Source: Gemmata obscuriglobus | GTDB lineage: Bacteria; Planctomycetota; Planctomycetia; Gemmatales; Gemmataceae | Length of the DNA stretch: 32,000 nt | Assembly: GCF_008065095.1 (NCBI RefSeq) | Contig: NZ_CP042911.1 | Location: forward strand, 2,820,001-2,852,000 | Direction of reading: 5' to 3' | Shown here: in pieces, positions 26,619 through 32,000 of the stretch | Layout: each line of letters starts with the position of its first letter | Position numbering within the stretch: the stretch's first letter is position 1 | Notes under the pieces: generated by a model | The model's database searches: none | What the model saw: only the letters and a program-made list of their open reading frames with translations | What the model was told of the DNA's origin: nothing | Made by a program: the position numbers and the translations under genes

Positions 26619-27554
26619 CTAAATCTCCGCGGTGTTGATCTGCCACCGGCACCCCGTTTCGAACCCCGACGCGAACACGGTCGCCGGGGCGACGACCGTT
26701 CCGGGCTCGTCCAGAACCGCGAGCACCGGGTCCGCTTCGTCTGCCGGGACGGCGGTGAACAGCGCCGGGAACCCGCGCCGCGCGGCCGCCCCGCACGCGG
26801 TTCGGAGTAGGGCCGCGAGCGAGCGGTGGTTTGCGTACCCGGTACAGGACAGGTGGGCCGCTATCATCTCGCCGTCGGTCGCGATTAAACGCTTCGCGAG
26901 CCGGGTGTCTTCGAGGCGCCCGACGGCGGACCCGTCCGGTGCCGCCAGCCACGTCGGGTCGGTTTGCGAACGCGCTTCGGGCACGCCGCCGGCGGTACCG
27001 GTGTGCCCCGACGAAAGCTCCGCGAAGAGCCCGCGGCCGCTCGCCTCGTCGGTTTCCCACGCCGCGCCCGGCGCCGTGTGTGCGGGGATGCGCAAGACCG
27101 TGACCCGGGCGACTTCACGGAACGGCGGAACGCCGAGCCGCCCCGTGTAGCGGTCGGGTGTGACCGGCGTACCGTCCATGACCACCCCGAACCCGCGCTC
27201 GGCTTTCCCCGCGCAGCATGCCGCGGCAGCTTCTGCCAGGCGCGGGAGGGCGCGGCCGCCCCGCGCCGCGGGCGCCAACTTCAGATCACCGACGTAAATC
27301 GCAGGGCGCTCTGCGCCGCCGGGGCCGCGAACCCGCGTCCGGGCGAGTCCGATCACGCCCAGCACCTCGCCCGCGCGCTCGGCGACGAAGCACGCCGCGT
27401 CCCCGATCGCGCGAAAGAAGCGCGGGTAATCGTCGCCGTGTGAGATGCGGAACGAGCGCCCCGCGCCCAGCGGGTACGTGAACTGCTCCTCGAACCGCGC
27501 GAGTGCCGCGGCGAGGTCGGCGCCCGGTGCGGCGGTCAGGTGATGAACGTTCAT
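26619..27554 (-). CDS. tandem GNAT-like (acyl-CoA N-acyltransferase fold) protein, function unknown
   Basis: ATG 27552-27554 overlaps the upstream stop (ATGA). FVAERAGEVLGVIGLA...AIYVGDLKLAPAARGG resembles a GNAT core and a second similar half follows. The family call is tentative. Confidence 0.5.
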   Translation of the reverse strand: MNVHHLTAAPGADLAAALARFEEQFTYPLGAGRSFRISHGDDYPRFFRAIGDAACFVAERAGEVLGVIGLARTRVRGPGGAERPAIYVGDLKLAPAARGGRALPRLAEAAAACCAGKAERGFGVVMDGTPVTPDRYTGRLGVPPFREVARVTVLRIPAHTAPGAAWETDEASGRGLFAELSSGHTGTAGGVPEARSQTDPTWLAAPDGSAVGRLEDTRLAKRLIATDGEMIAAHLSCTGYANHRSLAALLRTACGAAARRGFPALFTAVPADEADPVLAVLDEPGTVVAPATVFASGFETGCRWQINTAEI

Positions 27555-28636
27555 CGCTTCCGCCCGATGTGCAAGGCTCGGTAGAAGAAACTCCGGTCGC
27601 GCGCGTGCAACTCGGCGGTGTCGTCCCAGGCGAACATCGGCCCCGACGCCGGGATGTCGAGCGTCGAGTTCAATTGCCGGATCACGACCCAACCGCCGGG
27701 GCGCAGCGCGTTCGCGGCCACATCGAGGGTTGCGGTGGCTTCTTCGGGTGAGAGCCAGTCGAGAATGTTCGAGAGGTGGACCACGTCGAACGCGCCGGGG
27801 GATTCGCGGAGCGCGTCGGCCATCATCGCTTGGCGCCAGGTGATTTCGGGCGGGTATGCGGGCGCCGGAAGCCGCAGCCAGTCGGCAGGACCTGCGGCCG
27901 GGTACTGGTCGAGAAGCATCTGCCAGAGGAACGGGTTGTTCGCGGCCGGCAGCGTCGCGAGGGCGTGGCGGACGCGCCGTGCGAAGTGTCTCGAAAACGG
28001 TTCCACGGGGTTACGGGTCGCGCCCTCACCGAACAGCGCGACCAGGTTCGGCAGACTCAGGGTGGAGCCGAGCGCGGCATCGAGCGCCTGTCCGAGTGCC
28101 GTGTCGGGAGCCGTCCGCCGCGCCTGCTCGTCAGGGGCGGACAGCGCGAGTGCGGCCCGGAGCTCGTCACGGACGTTCAAGAGTGAGGCGTTCAGGGCCT
28201 GAAAGCACCGCTCGTAGCGGCCTTCGCGGTCCGGGCCGAAGGCCAGAACCCGCTCGGGCAGTCCGAGTGCATCCGCCGCGTACCCGAGCGCGGCCAACTC
28301 GGCGGTGAGGATCTCGCGCCGGGCGTCGAACCGCATCTCTCCGTGACCCAGAAGCGCCAGCCGATCGACAACGCTGTGCCGTTCCAGCAGACGCAATTTT
28401 AGCCGTGCAAGTGCGAGTTGCGCCGGGCTCGCGTCCACGAGATGCAGCCGCGCGACACCGGGCATGGTCGCGAGTACGGCCGCGGTGCAGCCGCCGGAAG
28501 CAACCATGCACACCCGCGCGCCGCCTCCGGCGCGGCTTACGACGTGCTGATCGATGCGCGGGTCTTCACGCACCTGAGCGAACGCGATCGGCAGGCGGGC
28601 CGCTTCCGCGACCCAGTTCGGGGGTGCGTGTGACAT
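27551..28636 (-). CDS. DUF3419 family protein (BtaA-like, putative SAM-dependent transferase)
   Basis: ATG 28634-28636. Contains FAQVREDPRID, MVASGGCTA, HLVDASPAQLALARLKLRLL, FDVVHLSNILDWLSPEE, LRPGGWVVIRQ and DRSFFY. Confidence 0.75.
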   Translation of the reverse strand: MSHAPPNWVAEAARLPIAFAQVREDPRIDQHVVSRAGGGARVCMVASGGCTAAVLATMPGVARLHLVDASPAQLALARLKLRLLERHSVVDRLALLGHGEMRFDARREILTAELAALGYAADALGLPERVLAFGPDREGRYERCFQALNASLLNVRDELRAALALSAPDEQARRTAPDTALGQALDAALGSTLSLPNLVALFGEGATRNPVEPFSRHFARRVRHALATLPAANNPFLWQMLLDQYPAAGPADWLRLPAPAYPPEITWRQAMMADALRESPGAFDVVHLSNILDWLSPEEATATLDVAANALRPGGWVVIRQLNSTLDIPASGPMFAWDDTAELHARDRSFFYRALHIGRKR

Positions 28637-28638
28637 GC

Positions 28639-28710
28639 TGCGAGCGTACCAAACCCGCCCCGGAAACGCACGCGGGTGCTTCGGGCACATCTCCCGGCCG
28701 TGCGAGCGTA
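28639..28710 (-). promoter_or_regulatory. pair of exact 10-bp direct repeats in the operon leader
   Basis: tgcgagcgta at 28639-28648 (2 nt upstream of the DUF3419 ATG) and at 28701-28710. A partial inverted copy ctcgcacgc lies near 28750. Confidence 0.3.
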
Positions 28711-28766
28711 TCTTAAGGCGAAAAGAATGGGAACGCGATCGGGGCGGATCTCGCACGCGGTTCGCG

Positions 28767-29231
28767 TTACATTCCCGGGCGGCCCTTCTCGGCGTACCGG
28801 TTCAGCACCTCGTACAGTTCGGCCGGCGGGAGCGGCTTCGTGAAGTGCAGGTCGAACCCGGCTTCCGCCATGCGTTCGAGTGAGCTGTAGTCGCCCAACG
28901 CCGTTAGAGCGATGAAGAGCTGTTCCTCGCTCCCCGGCAACTCGCGGAGCCGCCGGGCGAGTTCGCAGCCGTCAATCTCCGGCATCGAGATGTCGAGTAC
29001 ACACACTTGTGGTTTGAACTGCTCGACCTGAGCGAGTGCGGACGCGGCGTCGTGGGCCACCAGGGCCTTGCAGCCGACCATTTCGAGGATCGCCCCGAGC
29101 GAGTCGGCGGCGTCCACGTTGTCGTCCACACACAGCACGCGGAGGCCCGGCGGGGGCGGGAGAGCGGCACCCGCAGTCTTTTCGGTCAGCGCGGGCAGAA
29201 CGTCGCTCGGGGTTGAGGTCGGCGTGGTCAT
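28767..29231 (-). CDS. stand-alone CheY-like receiver protein
   Basis: LRVLCVDDNVDAADSL..., VCVLDISMPEIDG, ALTALG, HFTKP. No output domain. Confidence 0.88.
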   Translation of the reverse strand: MTTPTSTPSDVLPALTEKTAGAALPPPPGLRVLCVDDNVDAADSLGAILEMVGCKALVAHDAASALAQVEQFKPQVCVLDISMPEIDGCELARRLRELPGSEEQLFIALTALGDYSSLERMAEAGFDLHFTKPLPPAELYEVLNRYAEKGRPGM

Positions 29232-29337
29232 CGGTCGGGTCGATCCGGAAAGCGGGTGCCCGTGCGGGCCGGTTCGCGACGACAGCCGTCGTGAAGTTGG
29301 TGCCGCATACGCAGCAACCCGCGCGCCGAAAGTCCGG

Positions 29338-30810
29338 TCAGCGGATCAGGTCCGTGACGACGTGCTGCTCTTCCACCCCCGTGAGCCGTTGATCGAGCCC
29401 CTGGAACTTGTAGGTGAACTTCTTGTGATCGATGCCCATGAGGTGCAGAACGGTCGCGTTCAGGTCGTTCACGTGAGCCGGTTTGTCGGTCACGTTGTAA
29501 CTGTAGTCGTCGGTCTCGCCGTACACCTGCCCGCCTTTGATCCCGCCGCCCGCCAGCCACATGCAGAAGTTCCGCGGGTGGTGGTCCCGACCGTAGTTCG
29601 TCTTCGACAGGCCGCCCTGACTGTACACCGTCCGCCCGAACTCGCCGCCGCACACCACCAGCGTGCTGTCGAGCAGCCCTTTCTGCTTCAGGTCGGCCAG
29701 CAGTGCCGCGGTGGGCTGGTCGGTGTCTTTGCACTGCGAACGGATCTCGCCCGGCAGGTTCCCGTGCTGGTCCCATCCGCGGTGGAGGATCTGCACCGCG
29801 CGAACGCCGCGCTCCACGAGCCGCCGCGCCAGGATCGCGCTGGCGGCGAAGCTGCCGGGCTTCTTCACGTCGGGGCCGTACATTTCGAGCGTCTTTGCCG
29901 GTTCTTTTGATAAGTCCGTCAGGTCCGGGACGCTCGTTTGCATCCGGAACGCCATTTCGTATTGAGCCGTCCGCGTGAGCGTCTCGGGGTCGCCGTACTT
30001 CTCGGCCGTGCGTGCGTTGAGTGCGCCCAGCGCGTCCAGCATCGCGCGCCGGTTGCCCGCGCCCACGCCGTCCGGGTTCTGGACGTACAGGACCGGATCG
30101 CCGACGCTGCGGAGCGCGACGCCGCTGAACTTGCCCGGCAGGAACCCGCTGGCCCACATCCGCGAGAACAGCGCCTGCGCCGCGGCGCCGGAACTCCAAG
30201 AGGGCGTGAACACCACGAACGCCGGCAGGTCGTTGCTCTCGCTCCCCAGCCCGTAGGAGAGCCACGACCCCACGCTCGGCTTGCCCGGCGTTTCGCTCCC
30301 GGTCATCACGAAGGTGCAGGCGGGGTCGTGGTTGATCGCGTTCGTGTGAACGCTCTTCACGAGCGCGATCTCGTCCACCCACTTCGCGGTGTGCGGGAGC
30401 AGTTCGCTGACCCACATCCCGCACTGACCGTGTTGCGCGAACTTGAACATGGACGGCGCGACCGGGAGCCGGGACTGCCCGCTGGTCATGGTGGTGATAC
30501 GCTGGCCCTTGCGGACGCTCTCCGGCAGGTCCTTGTCGAACTGTTCGGCCAGCTTGGGCTTGTAGTCCCAGGTGTCAAGCTGGCTCGGGCCGCCGTTCAG
30601 GTGCAGGTAGATGACGGCTTTCGCTTTTGGCGTGTGGTGCGGGAACCCGGGCAGCGGCGGGTGGACGCGCGGCGCGGCTTCGGCGCCGCGGGCGCGGCCG
30701 GCGCCGAGCAGCGCCATCGCCAAGCCGCCGAGCCGGATGCCCGTGGAACCGAAGAACTGCCGGCGGGTGAGGTCGACTTGCTGTTCGTTGAGAAGGTGCA
30801 TGGCGGCCAT
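29338..30810 (-). CDS. DUF1501 domain protein with Tat signal
   Basis: [24 protein letters not shown]..., [26 protein letters not shown]...GRDHHP. ATG 30799-30801 is an alternative start. Confidence 0.88.
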   Translation of the reverse strand: MAAMHLLNEQQVDLTRRQFFGSTGIRLGGLAMALLGAGRARGAEAAPRVHPPLPGFPHHTPKAKAVIYLHLNGGPSQLDTWDYKPKLAEQFDKDLPESVRKGQRITTMTSGQSRLPVAPSMFKFAQHGQCGMWVSELLPHTAKWVDEIALVKSVHTNAINHDPACTFVMTGSETPGKPSVGSWLSYGLGSESNDLPAFVVFTPSWSSGAAAQALFSRMWASGFLPGKFSGVALRSVGDPVLYVQNPDGVGAGNRRAMLDALGALNARTAEKYGDPETLTRTAQYEMAFRMQTSVPDLTDLSKEPAKTLEMYGPDVKKPGSFAASAILARRLVERGVRAVQILHRGWDQHGNLPGEIRSQCKDTDQPTAALLADLKQKGLLDSTLVVCGGEFGRTVYSQGGLSKTNYGRDHHPRNFCMWLAGGGIKGGQVYGETDDYSYNVTDKPAHVNDLNATVLHLMGIDHKKFTYKFQGLDQRLTGVEEQHVVTDLIR

Positions 30811-30941
30811 TTGGTGGAGGGGATGCCGGAGCGCGGGCCTCTGGCCCGCTTCGCGATTCCGGTAGTATCGCTTTGCGGTATTGTCACACGCGACCACAAC
30901 TGCGAAGCAAAGCGGGCCAGAGGGCCGCGCTCCGGCGCCGA

Positions 30942-32000
30942 TCAGTTCCGACTCACGGCTTCATCCAGGTTCAGCACGAGGTTGGCGATCATCGTCCACG
31001 CCGCCACTTCCGCGTCGGCCGCGGCGCCCTTCGGCTTCGACTCGCCCGCGTGAACCACCTTCTTCGCGCCGACCGGGTTCGCCGCGAACAGTTCCCGCTG
31101 TCGCTCCAGGGCGGCGGCGACGAGCTTCACCTCTTCGGCGTCGGGGCGGCGGCTCAGCACCGTGCGGTACAGGAACGCGATCCGCTCCTCGACCTCCTTC
31201 CCGCCCTCGGTGAGGACCCGTTCGGCCAGCGCCCGTGCGGCCTCGAAGTGCTGCACGTCGTTCATCAGTTGCAGGGCCTGGAGCGGCGTGTTGGTGCGGT
31301 CGCGGCCGGCGCACAGTTGCTCGCGGTTGGTCGCGTCGAAGTTCGTCAGGAACGGCGCCGGGGCCGTGCGCTTGATGAACACGTAGAGGCTGCGCCGGTA
31401 CAGCGCCGCGCCGTGGTCCTGGAGGTAGTAGCGGGTGTTGCTGTCGGCGTAGCCCACCGGCTCCCAGATGTTGGGCGGCTGGTACACGTTCACCCCGCGC
31501 CCGCCCATCTCGTGGCTCATCAGCCCGCTCACGAACAGGGCGTTGTCGCGCAACTGCTCGGCGTCGAGCCGGAACCGCGGCCCCCGGCTGAGGAGCCGGT
31601 TCTCCGGGTCCTTCAGGCGCACCGCGGGCGGCTGGGCGGCGTCGCGCTTGAAGGCGTCCGAGGTGACGAGTAGTTTTACGAACTTCTTGGTGTCCCAGGA
31701 TGAGCGGTACTCGCCGGCCAGCCAGTCGAGCAGTTCGGGGTGGCTCGGCGGTTCGCCCTGGGAGCCGAAGTCGGAACTGGTCTTCACCAGCCCGACGCCG
31801 AAGAACTGCTGCCACAGGCGGTTCGCCGCGACGCGGGCCGCGAGCGGGTTCTCGGGGGACGTGATCCAGTTCGCGAGGTCGAGCCGCGTCGCGCGCTTCG
31901 ACGGGTCGGCGAGCTTGAGCGGCGGGAGCGCCGCCGGCACGCCGGGCTGCACCTTGTCGCCCGGCTTGTCATACTGCCCGCGGAGCATCACGAACGAGTC
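30942..32000 (-). CDS. DUF1553 (PSD-type) domain protein, 5' end beyond the window
   Basis: The frame stays open to the window edge. Contains [47 protein letters not shown] and LQALQLMND. Confidence 0.88.
   Translation of the reverse strand, partial: DSFVMLRGQYDKPGDKVQPGVPAALPPLKLADPSKRATRLDLANWITSPENPLAARVAANRLWQQFFGVGLVKTSSDFGSQGEPPSHPELLDWLAGEYRSSWDTKKFVKLLVTSDAFKRDAAQPPAVRLKDPENRLLSRGPRFRLDAEQLRDNALFVSGLMSHEMGGRGVNVYQPPNIWEPVGYADSNTRYYLQDHGAALYRRSLYVFIKRTAPAPFLTNFDATNREQLCAGRDRTNTPLQALQLMNDVQHFEAARALAERVLTEGGKEVEERIAFLYRTVLSRRPDAEEVKLVAAALERQRELFAANPVGAKKVVHAGESKPKGAAADAEVAAWTMIANLVLNLDEAVSRN

Noticed and set aside
25827-31053. Plus-strand ORFs 25827-26810 and 29938-31053, and minus-strand out-of-frame ORFs 26125-27060 and 29228-30424, overlapping the oxidase, GNAT and DUF1501 genes.
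   Set aside because: They have no motifs and Arg-rich composition. They overlap family-recognisable minus-strand genes, either antisense or in another frame.
1-32000. Search for tRNA, rRNA and CRISPR arrays, and for defence-system hallmarks (reverse transcriptase, Cas genes, restriction enzymes, toxin-antitoxin pairs).
   Set aside because: I found no T-loop/acceptor-type tRNA signatures and no regularly spaced direct repeats. No ORF shows such motifs by eye. A covariance-model scan (tRNAscan-SE, Infernal) would be the decisive check.

Overview
Very GC-rich, densely coding chromosomal segment. A hand-counted 60-nt coding line (12001-12060) is about 77% GC. Gene content points to Planctomycetota, probably Gemmataceae-like (inference): two DUF1549/DUF1553 + DUF1501 gene pairs, several WD40 proteins, and FG-GAP/Calx-beta proteins with an N-terminal R-x-R-L..E..EDR..P leader. 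Housekeeping genes are ispG (5' partial), pdxA and thrS. Two OmpR-type response regulator / histidine kinase pairs are present (1060-3191 and 7160-10091). An ISKra4-family insertion sequence (10151-11883) has perfect 19-bp inverted repeats and a 9-bp target-site duplication, and its transposase is split by a frameshift in a homopolymer run. An uninterrupted minus-strand array runs from 32000 down to 23304: DUF1553 protein, DUF1501 protein, orphan receiver, a three-gene operon, then two FG-GAP proteins. That operon (DUF3419/BtaA-like, tandem-GNAT-like, heme-oxygenase-like diiron oxidase; 25857-28636) is translationally coupled and is my best candidate for an undescribed system. I read it as a small-molecule or lipid head-group pathway with no function I can assign. 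Three GC-depressed, apparently non-coding stretches (6041-7129, 19622-20122, 21986-23059) carry strong hairpins and could hold ncRNAs or decayed foreign DNA. I found no rRNA, tRNA or CRISPR array. Many long ORFs in the track are antisense or out-of-frame artefacts of the high GC content and were rejected.
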